The notes below the pieces were generated by a model. It searched no databases, had not been told where the DNA came from, and saw only the letters and a program-made list of their open reading frames with translations. From positions 1,116,001 to 1,180,000 of the forward strand of contig JBLDXI010000009.1 of NCBI GenBank assembly GCA_047495785.1: a stretch of DNA of 64,000 bases, in the 5' to 3' direction. Origin of the DNA: Lepidodermella squamata (taxonomy: Eukaryota > Animalia > Gastrotricha). Of the stretch, positions 28,059 to 41,399 are shown one piece after another. Positions within the stretch are counted from its first letter, which is position 1; every line of letters begins with the position of its first letter. The translations under genes and the position numbers were made by a program.

Positions 28059-29395
28059 TCACGGACTTTTTTGATCAGGTAACATGCTGTTGTCGTTGAT
28101 CGATGGGTTATTGTTGTTGCAATTCGCGGTTGTATCATTAACGTTGATGGTACTGTCTTTGTTGCTCCGCACTGGCGCCTGTTTCTTCCACACGAGTTTT
28201 GAAAGCAGAACCTGCCGAAATTTTTCACTCAGTGATAGGTAAACTATCGTATTCGCTGAATACTCGATAAGAAACATCAGGAATGTCCATCGGCCAAAAG
28301 ATTTTAGGACAGACATCTTGACCAAATTTATCCTGCTCCAAAATATCACCTCGGTTACTGCAATTTCACATTATTTCTATGGTTATAATGCGGGGGTGAT
28401 GAAAAGCTCTACCTGGGTTGAATAGCGTGCAATACATCTCGCAAATGAGAGCGACAGCAGTTGCTATAACCAAAGCAGTTGTCAATGATTTGTGCTGGGC
28501 TTGCCGAGTTCTCACCCTGGCTCGTATTGCGGTAAGGGACGCGCGACCAGGACTCAGCATAATGCGAATCGGTCTGGGGCTAGCGCGATTCTTAGCGTAG
28601 GAGGCCACAGCAGAGGATGAGCGATAAGCGATTACTATCAGTAATACGTTGAAAACGGTCAAGGATGTGACAGATCCTAAAAACAGCTCGGTCGTGGTAA
28701 AAGCCGAAAAATAGCACACAGCCTTACCAATATTTAGGACGACGAAGCGGATGAAAGAATAAATGAAAAACCAATAGTCTTTGCTCATCCCCCACCTGTA
28801 CCACAAACAAGTAGGGGTTTTCACCTCCAGGACGAGCATTCGAGGCAAATTCAGAATTGTGAAGCAAAGGATAATTACGCAGCACAATTTAACCGCTCTC
28901 CGTTTTCCCGATACACTGTTTAGCTGGTTGATTGTTTTCGAATTTCTGACGTACCAATATCGTTGGATTGTATTGGTTATTGTCAACGCTAGCGAAATAG
29001 TGGTACCAAGGCTATATGAAGGCCTAAATTATTAATTATTAGATCAGGATTGAATCCTGAGCGAGCCCATCTTCTTACCATAATACGTTGGCAATTAAGA
29101 AAGTGCCGATTGGATTGTGACTGAAATGCCATAAAGCGATCATGTAACAACTTTGGCTCGTTAATGCGATGGCTTGTGCCATACTGACGAAGGCCAGGTA
29201 TGTGTAAGTTGGCGCTACAAGCCTTCGGTCTCTGGCTGCAAGAAAGTTGAGCGTGTTCGCGAAAGCGCCGATTATGCAAAGAATCGGTAGTACATAGCCG
29301 AACAAAACTGGTTGAATTTGATCTGAGTCGGTTCGAAGGTGCATACACAAGTTGGAAGAGCTGGAAATTCCACTTGTTTTATTCCCCTTGCCCAT
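28059..29395 (-). CDS. Orphan class-A GPCR, cluster member 1 (FMRFamide-receptor/Srw-like); 4 exons
   Basis: Seven hydrophobic segments: TM1 GAFANTLN, PTYTYL, QRY, LNLPR, CLWYRWG, CEMY..LFNP, EYSANTIVY. Confidence 0.85.
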
Positions 29396-30381
29396 ATTTA
29401 CCTGTTTCTGTTGTTTAAAATAATGAGAGTACGACTGAAAGCGGAAAAGCGGATGAGGTGGTAACCTCAAGTTCGCAATTCATATTTCGGCTGATGCTAA
29501 TACCCAGAAGCCTCCGTCTGTTTTGCGAAATACATCCACCTACAAATCGAACCAGAAGACTTTATTGACCAAGTTCAACCGGTGGATCAAGAAAAGATAT
29601 GCCAAGAAAGTTCAATCATGGATTTATTGATCCGTTGCGTTTTTAGGTTTGTGCTTTCTACGTTCCTTATTTTTATCCAACTTGTTCGGGCGGCTCCTGT
29701 TCATACGGCACATCCCTAAAATCCGCGCCCGCTGTCCGAAACCATATCTGAGGCGTTCCACTTATAATTACGAGTCCATGAAATAAAATCGACAGAGCAG
29801 GAAAGCATCTGGGATCAGTAAACAGGATTTATCGTATGTAATACAAATGAAGACCTTTGGAGTTCCAAATAAAAACTAAAACTGACTTGATTTTTAGGCA
29901 AAGCAAAGCAAATAAAAACTGGAACATAAATACTTTTGATATTTACAGGTATATAGACAAATTATTGAGGCATACTATAACATATACCATAAACGTTATA
30001 GTTATGCGTTAGTCGTCGGGGATCGGAGACAGTTTTAGATTTGGACTTTCACTGATTTCACTAACCAAACATACAACATCTTTGGAGGTTCGAAACCAAA
30101 CCACTACCAGTAGTTGCTTTGGACGTGTTCGAGTGACAGCTCACAGCAAGCCAACGGCAAGGAAAATGAACCTCTTCCCATTTGCGACAATCCCCTAATT
30201 CATCGAAACATTATTTTGTAGAAATCCTTCACCGAAATATAGCAAATGGTAAGCAAATGGTAAGCTTTCACGGTAACCTTTTATTTCTCAGTACTGCCAT
30301 GTTTACAATATGAGATTTAAGTTCAATCATGCAGAACAGCGTCGAAATAGAAATCAAAAAACATCTCTTACTTGGTAAATA

Positions 30382-31639
30382 TTAAACCAACGACGAACAC
30401 GGCTGTTGAAAGGCGACAAGCGATTTGCGTTTGGACTTGTCTCTTCTTGATTGCCTTTCCGGTAACTTGTTAATAAGACCTAACCTCTCGCCAGCTATTC
30501 GTTGAAACTTCCTGCCCAAAGTCAGATAAGCAACACAGCTTCCACAATATTCGATCAAAAGAGCTACGTAGGTGAATCGATTGAATTGCCTGATTGACGG
30601 AATGTCAAGCAAGTTCAAGTGCTTCCAGAAAAGCAATTCGGCTATCGGCTTGAATAAGACGGCGTAAGCTTCGCAAAAAATTACGATAATAGAAACAAGG
30701 ATCAAAGCATATGTCAGTGACTTGTGCTGAGCCACTCGGCTATGACCAGCTTTAACAGTTTTCGATTTGGCTGATGGCAGCAACACCTTGCTTTCACCGC
30801 CATGGTTGGGCTTTTTTCTGCAAGCCTCCGCAATTAGCAATATCACGAATATTAGGAGGAGAATTATCGAACCTTAGAGAGAATTAAAAAAATGAGCTCG
30901 AGCGCAAGAAAAATAATTTACCAAGATTAAGGAGACATAATCGGCAAATCGTATAAACTTTGTACCAGAAATCGGAGTATATTCCCCAGCGATACCAAAT
31001 ACAAGTTGGCTGGTCCTCACGAACCAACATTACCAAAGTTCTCGGCAAGTTGAGCATAAGCGATATAAAACTGACGCGTAAAGCCATCGCCGCTGCTTTT
31101 TGATTTGGTTTAAGGCTGTTGGCTTGGCTCGGTGGAATCGGCCCTCCTCTTATGTAACAGAAACGATGAATCGCAGTAGTAACTGCTAGGGCCAACGCCA
31201 GAGTAGTCGAACTGTTGTACAGAGGCCTGTCGAAAAGCATTGTTTCATGAGCAGGTAATTTGAACTTTGAAAGTTACTCGTACCATAGGAAGTAAGCTAT
31301 TGTGTAGTTAGCTAAGACGTTCTTCTTGAAGTAGACTAGCAGCGTCAGATATACGCTCTGCGAAGCAAGTGCCGTAGCTTGACAAAACGATACGAAGGCT
31401 ATGTAAGTGTAGGTTGGCGTTGTCAATCGGCGGTCAGATGATGTAATGAATGCCAAAACACAAATAGAGCAACCGATGAGGCCAGCTATTGGAATTACAA
31501 TTCCAAACAAGGCAGCATGCAAATTGTCTTCGTTTTTGCTGAAGTCAAGTTGCATGCATAAGTAGGAAATTTCTGTTGTTTTCCGCGTTTCCATCATGGT
31601 GGCTGCAGTAGTAGTAGCAGTAAAGTTCGCATCGCTCAT
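30382..31639 (-). CDS. Orphan class-A GPCR, cluster member 2; 3 exons
   Basis: PTYTYI, HRF, LNLPR, CIWYRWG, CEAY..LFKP, EYCGSCVAY; paralogous to its neighbours. Confidence 0.85.
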
Positions 31640-32115
31640 TTTTTCAAAGGTACTACGGCAAATTTATGAAGAAATAGATACAGGAAGCTATTTATGTACA
31701 TGTTTCCGGCGTTTTCAAAAGCCTTACGGCCACATCAATTGTATGGTGCTATGAATAATAATTCAGTGCAAATGTGACTACCTTCTACTTTCCTTATTTT
31801 AATTTGGAATATGCGGCAGTACAAGACAAAAATTATAGTTTCGGACCATTGAAAAATCCTTCTGTCAATCTATCGCTTGACCGTCAAATAATGATGAGAG
31901 ATGAATAGCAGCGCCGCATTGTCATCGCGTTTCGCGAGCAAAAAAAAAATCGAAGACGTCCCATTTATCGCAACCGCACGAACGCATATCCAGAACTCAC
32001 TGGGCCGTGGTAAAATTATTCACCAGGCTTCGATCGCTTTCCGCGCATACTATGATACTTCATTTGCATAATTTCCGCAAACATTTTATTTGCCATTCCT
32101 TTCCGTGACAATTCC

Positions 32116-33446
32116 TCATTCAATGTAATCTAGTTTCTCGATGTCATCAGGATGCGATTTGCGATGAAACACTTGCGATGCAGAAGTAGCGCTCGCCCAT
32201 TCACTTTGCGTGCTGACAATAGGGAACAGTTTTGAAATTAAAATTCTTCGGAAGTTTCTATCAGTTGAAGTATAAATGAAGAAGTTTCCTGAATACTGTA
32301 ACCACAGAAATATCATGGTCACAAAACGAGTTGCTCTTCTAGCCTTGCGATCTAACAGCTCGAATTTGTTCCAGAACAGGGATTCAGTTAATGGGTTGAA
32401 CAGTGCACCAGGCAGTTCGCCTCCGATAGTGAGAAACGTATTCATAACCAAAGTCAACGTTACAGCATGCTGTTCTCGGTAGTAGTGATTTGGTGATACA
32501 ACACTAGACTTTCGTTTGAACCGTCTATTTTTTGAAATTTTCTTGCTCTTGTAGACGGCATAAAGAAGAAGGAAGTTGCAAATCATCAACACCAAGATAG
32601 GTCCTTAAACATGCAGAACATTTTCTTACTATACTTGGATTTTGTAATAAATCAAGGAACCTACCAAGGTTGAATAGGAAGAATCGTACAACCATGTATA
32701 CCTGAAACCATTGATCTTTTTTGTCCCATCGGTTGGCCAGGCACATGGAGCGCCGCCCGGGCAGAAAGGCTATCATACGAGGTAAGTTGAAGCAGGTTAC
32801 AATGAAGCAGGCCAATGAGCTAAAGAGTCGCGCTCGTGCCCGAAGAACTTTGGACTCGCATTTTATTCTCAGGCCTTTCACGTATAGAAGTCTGCAAAGT
32901 AAGGTGTTCAAATATTATTGAAAGTGGATGCACATTGCGCCAAAAAGTCCGGCCCTTTCCCGTTAATCGTATGTCATTTGAAACAACTTTTCCAACAAAA
33001 TTCGATATGAGTAGCAGGGGACTTTTTTGCGAAGTTTAATTAGCCTGTACAAGTTACCTTTCGATGGAATAAAACACGTTGAATGTTAAATTCACGGTGG
33101 AGGACCAATTCAGTGCGGGCCAGATGCCATAAGCCAGAACTTTTCTAGCAGTATCATCGATTGGGAAATGTAATATAACGACAACATAGGCGCTGTGCGA
33201 TAAAGAGGCGATCAACTGAAAGAAGGCTGTGAATGACAAATAGGTGTAAACCGGCGAAAGGAATGCATCATCGGCCAGCACGATGAGGTTTATCAGATTT
33301 CCCAAGCCACCAAACAAGCTCAATGTTGGCAATACGTATCCGAAAAAGATGACATGTGCTGTGCTATCATCGGGCGAAAATCCTGGGCAGTAAGTACCGC
33401 GTGTCACCGGATCCACAGTAACATTTGTCGACGGTACCTTACTCAT
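32116..33446 (-). CDS. Orphan class-A GPCR, cluster member 3; 3 exons
   Basis: GGLGNLIN, PVYTYL, ERL, FNLPR, CLANRW, GELP..LFNP, QYSGNFFIY, DRNFRR. Confidence 0.85.
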
Positions 33447-34279
33447 TGAATTGCTATTGATGGATAAGAAGCTCTCGGTACAATATAATCACGAAGAACC
33501 ATCGCTGTTAAGTGAAATGGACGAAAGCGTAGTAAATAAATATCCAAGAATATACTATTTTCAATTGCGCCAACAGCAATTAAACGATTTCCAAAGCGAT
33601 ATATTGACGGCGTTAGGATAAATAACGATTAGGTAATACGATAATATAATATTGCAGCGCAAATATTGTTTTGATCCCCAAAACAAACGTGGAATAATAC
33701 GATTCGGAAAAACGAAGCCAATTCGTAAGAGAAATAAAAAGTCGTAAAATCGATCGAATTTCGTAAAGCTCTCGATGCAGTTTCGTGATGATCGTGTATA
33801 GCTAGTCAATAACCTCCGCTGTTATGACAGAGCTTACGCAATGCCGGCTTCTTATTTTCATAATCCTAGTTTTAGCTGATTGATGCTCTGCCGTTGGAGG
33901 GCAAAAAATGCCATTTTCATCCCGTACATTTTGAAACCAGGAAACCTGTCTGTTATCGAGGAATTAGGATTTATCGGGGCTCAAATTTTGGAAACATTAA
34001 CCAATTAGCATACCATATCAATTAACAGGGATTTGCGATGAGATTTGTGAACTCATCAGGTCCTGAAGATATTCGCAAAAAAATAAAGCTATGAAATTAT
34101 CATTTTTTGTGGACCACAGTCATGCCAAAGTCTCGTGTCCAGCTGTCTCAGATTTCACTGAGCTGTCCGTAGAATGTCTCGTTCAACGATCCATGAATTC
34201 AGTTCACGACTAGGACTTGCTCAGAATTTCTTATACTTAAAAATTTAATAAAACCCAAAAAAGAAGGTTATACCTGTGT

Positions 34280-35496
34280 TTAATTTTTTTCAGACGCCGT
34301 CAATGATAATTCTTTGCTAACATTAGTACCCCATAATTTTTCGGCGAGCACTTTTCGAAATTTGTTATTCATCACAAAATAAATGATAAAGTTGGAACTG
34401 AACTCGATGAATAAGACTAAGAATGTCATCATGCGTAGAGTTCGCATTGTACTTGCGCTGATGATTTTGAAACGGTGCCATAACAAAATTTCAGTGATGG
34501 GATTGAATAGGCAAACGTAAGTCTCGCAAAGTGTACCCATCAGCGTGGCGACAATAACCGATCGCGTTAGAGCAGCTTGTTGGCGCGATGGCGTGCTACC
34601 GGACTTTTTCAAAGCTGTTTTGTCACTACTACTGTCCGGCTGCAGTCGCGAAAGCAGGGCTAGGTGTCGCGCCGTAGCCATCCGCTTTTGAATGCTCGAT
34701 GATCGAACAACAAGGGCGACGAGGAGGAGATTAAAAGTGATCAGTACAACAAGAGCGCCCGAGTTGTAGATGACGAATCTTATAACCGAGTAGACGGCGA
34801 ACCAAGTGTCTGTCTTTATTCCCCATCTGTAAGCTTGACAGCCCGGTGAATCAGCAGGTACTTTCATCACAGCCATGCGCGGTAAGTTGAGTAGTGCAGT
34901 CGCGAGATATAGACCACCGCAAACTGCATGTGCCTTTCGTCTTGTCTTCACGTGATTAATGTAATTAATTTGCACATTATTCTTAATGAAAACATATCTG
35001 AAAATGAGTCATTTTTAACTGAACCAGTTCACTAGGTAAAAACTCACCTCTCGACGGTATACGTCACCATTAGGACGATTGAGCAAGTGCAAGCCCAGTT
35101 GTAAACTGGCCACAGGACGTAAGAATTTATCGCGGTGAAAACAGGATCGCCGTGGTAGTGCAATAAGCTAGACATGTATAAGCTCTGTGTGAATGAAGCG
35201 ATCAGCTGAGCTCCAGAAAGATATGCCAAATAGATATAGGTGGATGACGAGTGAAGTTTAGGATCCATGAGCACTGCCAAGTTCAACGCATTTGCAATAG
35301 CTCCGATAATGCAAAGAGAAGGTATCAAATAGCCGAAAAATATTCGTTCGAATTCGTCAGCTAGCTTCAACTCGATGCAGTATTGGCTAGGCTTGCTGCT
35401 GTTTACGAAAGCTGGTATCTCGTTCGTTAATGACGAATTCAATTGCGTTGGGATAGTTGCGGATGGGAAAACGAAACTAAGAATCGAAATGTTCAT
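34280..35496 (-). CDS. Orphan class-A GPCR, cluster member 4; 2 exons (start uncertain)
   Basis: GAIANALN, STYIYL, ERY, LNLPR, CQAYRWG, CETY..LFNP, EFSSNFIIY, NNKFRK. Confidence 0.85.
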
Positions 35497-36901
35497 TCCT
35501 AAATAAAGCCGAATATTCATTTGCTCACTGCAAAATAGCGTCAAACGCAGTTTAGAGATCAATATTATCGTTTTAATTAGAAAAAGAATAAAATTTGGCT
35601 CAGGTAGTCCCGCATAAGAGCTGTTTTTGTTTTTCCCTGAGAGCCTTTATCCTGAAGCTGCGCGAGATTTAAAAAGTGCTAGATTTTATAATCTTTGAAA
35701 GTGCCAAAAAATACGAAAATATGCGATTCGTACAAACTGATTCCTTATAAAACTACTAAAAAGGTTTCCCCGTGATTGATTTGCGCGTTAAAAATCGAAG
35801 TAGATATTCATCGATGAAGACCGATACTGCCAAAATTGATTATAGGAGCTCTCATTTCATGAAAATCAGAAGGAAGGCTCCGTAAGTTTGACGCTTTGTT
35901 AACGTTTAACCGATTGCCGACATGTCGCTAAAAAACTGTTTAAGCCCAACAGATATTTGGTCGATCCATAAATTTCTCCCTCATTTGGCTTTATGAGAAC
36001 ACCATTTTAATCAGCGATAAAAGCTGAAAAGTGCAAAAATAATTGAACAGAAAACAACTCAAGTTCGTCGTACGTCTACGGGGTGTGCTGCAGTGACGCC
36101 ATTCATTAAATAATTTTCACCCTATTTTATTGTTGAGTTTGGAAAATTCAACATTTCTAACGATTGAGACAGCAATCACCTTTTTAAGAAAAGTGGCAGA
36201 ATGTATAAGTCGCATGCCTGTATATATGGTGTGTATGGTGTATCGCTCGACTAGATAAAAAGCTATTGTCATACAAATTTTGGCTACTGAAATCGCGCTG
36301 CCTAGCCAGCCTAGCAATAAGGTAGAGATTAGGTTTTCAGCCATCTTCAACTGCTCCGCTTAAGTTTGATGGGACCTATAGGTTAATTGCGAAACGTTCT
36401 ACATTTTGCTTTGGAGCTCTCATTATCGGCACGGTACTTTCTCTATAGTTGCCTAGATCAGCAAGGTGTTTGCGAAATGATAGCACATTTGTCGATAGAC
36501 TGATCGATCGATTTTCGTATTAACCCCGATACTCTGGCTAGTAATTACTTGATCGAGACGTCGAGCGGAGCTGTTGAGCGAGCTCAGGTATTAAGTATAA
36601 GGTGCTGTATATATGATGGGTAAAAGTGAATAATGCGCCGTGATTCTTTAATATCTATCGTATTACAGGTATTACGAGAAATGCTTCGAAAAGAGGTTTT
36701 GAAAATATTGAAGCTAAATTGCATGTTCAATAATGTTCAAAGCTCAGACAAAATTAAGTATAACGATAAGTCATACGCATAATATAGTGATCACATTATT
36801 GATAACTCTATCTAAAATAGAGTCTAATATTTGCCAACTTCCGACCAACATTGCTTCCTTGAATTTTCCACTCTTCTCCCCACCGAAGGAAGGCCTTGAT
36901 A

Positions 36902-38232
36902 TCAATCGATATTTATAACCGTATTGTGAGATGCAAAACCAAGTCTTCTAAGCAGCAACTTCCGAAAAGTCCGACTCGCTAAGCAAAACAAAACAATGTT
37001 GACACTGTATTCGAAACACAACACTCCGAATATTGACACGCGTAGATGCTTTTTCGTTGATTCGCTGATGTTGAAATGTCCCCAGATGTAGTATTCGGAA
37101 ATGCTGCTGAAAAGGCAAACGTAGCCCTCGCAAATAAGAGCAAGGAAAGCAGAGGAGAGAACGGCGGCATTTGCCACGCGATGCTTTCTAGCTCGCCTCG
37201 CTTCGTTGTGCTGTCTATGAGCAGCTTCACTATAGAATCGTGATTCGGCTAGGGTTGTGAAAGGGCATAGTGATGAATCACTGCAGTTGCTGCGGATGCT
37301 GTGAGCACTGCTTATCCGCCTTCCGCGGGAAATCGGCAATTTCATCGTACCGACGCCAACAAGCATGATAGTAAATACCAGCAAACTTATGACACAACCT
37401 GCGCAAAATCGAGTGTTTTCGAAAAATTATTGGAAACATAAAGTAAAATGCCTCTACCTATGTTGAACAGTATAAATCTGACCAAAGTGTAGACCACGAA
37501 CCATTCCTTTTTTCCCCATCTAAAACTGACGCATGGCGAGTTGTAGTAATTGATAAAGCGAAGAGCCAGCATTCTCGGCATATTCAAGCACGTGATGATT
37601 AGTGTAAGGATAAAGCAAACTTTTCGAGACCTGCTTCTGAGAACACCTTGGTCGGGTTTCTCCACGATGGTTCTTCTCACGAAAAAGAACCTATCAGCTG
37701 TATATGCGACGGTAATAATCTGTGATATCGTGATCGCCCAGTTGTATACGACCCAAAATACGTTGGCAATTAGCATTCCAGCCCACCAACCTATTTTTTA
37801 TATAGAAATGAGAGTAATTTAATATTTTCCCCAAAATTTCTCACCGACGGCCATTAAAGGAAAGCATATTATCAGGAGGCCTTGGCTAAGCTGAGCGACA
37901 AATTGAACGAAAGCCAAGTAAGTTAGGTAGCTGTAACTGTGATTGCTGAAATGCCGTTCATTCAAAATCACCATGTTGATGACATTTCCCGCTGCACCGA
38001 AGAGACAAAACACTGGCAAGAGACATCCAAGCATAAACTCAGCACTAGACGTGTCGGAGTAGTCAAATAGTGATATACAGGAGATTGTGGTGAAATTACT
38101 CGACTTCCCTGCCGCCATATTATCTATCTCATCATCCAAGTCGCTGTTGAAATATTTCGCAAACGTCTCAACTTCGGAAAATGCCGGTGAAATATCATCG
38201 TGGTGCAAATAAACGAGCCCTAAGGATGTCAT
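36902..38232 (-). CDS. Orphan class-A GPCR, cluster member 5; 3 exons (alternative start 38118)
   Basis: GAAGNVIN, SYSYL, DRF, LNMPR, CVSFRWG, CEGY..LFSS, EYSVNIVLF, SRTFRK. Confidence 0.85.
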
Positions 38233-38427
38233 TATTATTCCTGATCCTTATTGGCCCTGAGGCGTAAAAAATGCTGCGTACGGATTCTGCACTTTATTAA
38301 GTACTTGATTGTGAATATACACTACAGAACACAGCGACTATAAAAAATGATAATTCGAAAATTAAATCGTATGCACGGATATTAAAAACTAACATTTGAA
38401 AGCAACAGTTATACGCATTCCATATGA

Positions 38428-39776
38428 CTATGATATCGACTTGGTGTCAGCATCAAGATCGACAATAGCTTTCAGTTGTGGTTCGCTTGCAGCCCTGATA
38501 CCATTGGGCTGGTAGAGGCTTGGTAGAGGCGAAACATTTACCAGCTGTCTAACGGTACCAGTCATGAGCCTGCTTCTGTTCATAACCTTGCGCTGAATCC
38601 GAACAGAGGATAGATGCCGATGGAGTCCACTCGTTTGGAAACACAACTTCCCAACTAATACTTTTCGGTACATCCGATTCATCACAAAATAAATTAAAAA
38701 GTTTGAGCTGTACTCGATAAGCATGACGACAAAAGTTAGCAGACGAAAAACGCGTAGTAATCCCGCGTCGATAAGATTGAATCGATGCCAAAACATTATT
38801 TCTGAAATCGGATTGAATAAGGTTATGTAGATTTCGGCGAGCAGGGCAATGAGGGTGGAAACAACGAGACTCTTTGTCACTGATCTGTTGTGCTGAAACT
38901 GTTGGGTGAGTTGGTTTTGGTAGCTATCAGAAATACTTGACAGCCGAGAATTGGAGCCATTATTGCCTAGAGAGCGCGTGCTATATTGTCGCTGCCAATA
39001 CGTTTCCTCCGACCTGCAGACAACCTGCAGCAGCAAGCCGTTGAATATTGCCATAGTGAATAGGGAACCTATAATTGATTATAAATCATGTAAGTCAACG
39101 ATGAGTCACGGCAATAAATTAATATACCAATATGGAAAATGACGAAACGAATTATCGAATAGAACGTGAACCAGCTCTCGGTTCTCATGGCCCATCGAAA
39201 TCCCTGGCAAAATGGCATGTCTTGTGGTACCTCCATCATTGCTAGTCGCGGCAGATTGAGAAAAAACGTAACCATAACAATAGCCACACATATCGCTTTT
39301 CCTCTCTTCCTCGACGCCCGCCGCTGCGATTCCGAGAGAAACCCGCGAACAAAGACGTAACGCTCAACGTTATAGGTTACTGTGAGAACATTAGACAAGA
39401 CACTGGCACCGTTGAAGATCGGCCAAAGAAGGTAAGAATTTAAAAATGCCGCGTAGACTCTTGTCGATTCGATCTGCGTCAAGTGCATAAGTGAAACCAT
39501 GTAGATAGCTTGCGCCAACAGGGCTGCCATTTGGGCTAAGGCTAGAAATGCCAAATACACGTAAATTGGTGTGCGGTTCAGGCTTCGATCTGTAAGAACG
39601 ATAAAGTTGGTCAAATTCCCAACTACGCCAAGGATGCACAAAATTGGAATAATGTAAACAAAGATGATCTGCTCGACGTCATCATCTTCTCGAAGATTGA
39701 GCTCAACGCAGTAACGAACGATCGCAGACTGATTGACCGTATGACTAAGGATTCCCGTGGCATTGTAGTGAACCAT
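38428..39776 (-). CDS. Orphan class-A GPCR, cluster member 6; 2 exons
   Basis: GVVGNLTN, PIYVYL, ERY, LNLPR, CQGFRWA, AEIY..LFNP, EYSSNFLIY, NRMYRK. Confidence 0.85.
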
Positions 39777-39988
39777 TTTATTCAGCTTGCTATCTGTTGC
39801 GAATATTTTAGTTTTCTTCAATATACATGACAAATGAACAGAAAAATGTTGTTCAATTAGAATTCTTCAAAGTTAAAACAGCATGGTTTTGCGGAGGCAT
39901 ATTTTCCATCGTAAATAGTAAATATTACTTATTTTATGCATGACAGAATAGCAAGTATATTATAGAGTAGGACATGGCGTATTATTCT

Positions 39989-41399
39989 TCAGAAGGCCAT
40001 GTAACCGAGAATAATGACATTAATAAGCACGGTGGTGATAAGCATGAAGCAAAAGAAAACGAAATCAACTACTCTGATCCATAATTTAAAAGTAAATAAT
40101 TTGCCGACACGGATGATGGGATGCGCCTTATCCGATTGCGGCTCCTTGCAAATTAGGCAGGTCAGCAGAGCGTAAATCGTGCACATCATACTCAGCAGCG
40201 TTTGTGCCGTGGTCATCACAATGACGTACACCAACTCCGAAGTATTCGGTATCACGCTTTGAATTGTACTCTGAATAGAGATGACAAAATAATTTTTGCC
40301 ACTATATTCAGTATTGATTTCCAATTACCTGTTGAATGCCGAACGCCATTACCATAGTTGCACAGTATGCCGAACGATCAGCTGTCCAAGGATCCAAAGC
40401 AACAAAACCGAGTTGAAGCGCCATAAGAACAGCATTGGGAATGAATATGCTGAAAATGTACGGCAGACACTTGCGAGAAATCGTCATACTGAAGACAATG
40501 CGCTGAAAAACTCGTCCTTCCAACCCCCTTACTGTCTGGTTCTGGATCATTCCGCTCGTAGAATCCAACGTCCAAATTTCCGAGCTACCAATAAAGGATT
40601 CTGCGTTGAGGGTGGCTGCATCTGTGATTCCATTGGGCTGAATTATTGGGAATCCATAATTTGTGAGAGTGCTTCGAAGCAAAGATTCGAATTTGAAATC
40701 GCACGTCTGAGAATCGAATGGAAATTTGCTCAGATGCAGATTGCCTATGTGGAATTATTTAGAAGACAGCACCATAAATGTTGCTCAACTTACAGCTTGT
40801 GTCAAAAGTGCCTACCGCCATCCAGATCATTCGCCCCGTATTTTCGATTTTGATCAAAGAATTTTCCCGTGCACTGTTATACAGCAAACCAAAGTAAATT
40901 TGCCTCATTTTTATATCAAAAGTGTCATCAAGCGATGAGCGACAAATTACCTAACAGTGAAAGCTATGTTACTCGTACCCGTGATGTACATTAACGGGGG
41001 CAGCCATACTGTATCTGACTGAATGAAAACCTCAGTAATGTTGGACCATTTGTTTGGGGACTTGTTCCAAGCAGCGCAAGGATGAAACCACCCCAAATCG
41101 AGCTCACCAACAACCGACAATCTATTTTATGATTGGCCAATATGGTATGCCAATAGAAAAAATCAGAGTGCTTACGTTTCATCTTGCTCTGACAATCTCA
41201 TAAATCGGTACGGCGTGAAAGCGACAAAAACGTTAAGGGCATCGGTGTATTTCTGAACCGGTCTTGAATCAGAATTTATCATGCAGCTCTCAATCAATGC
41301 CTGCTTAAGGTCATTTTCTTCGGCGGAGAAATTATCGAAAACGGCCTCTGAAAGAGTGAAAGGTATTAGAAAGGTCGCGAAGCCTGTAAGCCAAAGCAT
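39989..41399 (-). CDS. Divergent Cys-loop (pentameric) ligand-gated ion channel subunit; 5 exons
   Basis: Signal peptide, RPV, WLPP, Cys-loop SCNLHLSKFPFDSQTC split by an intron, pre-M1 RK, four TM segments with P at M2 23', very short M3-M4 loop. Confidence 0.85.
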
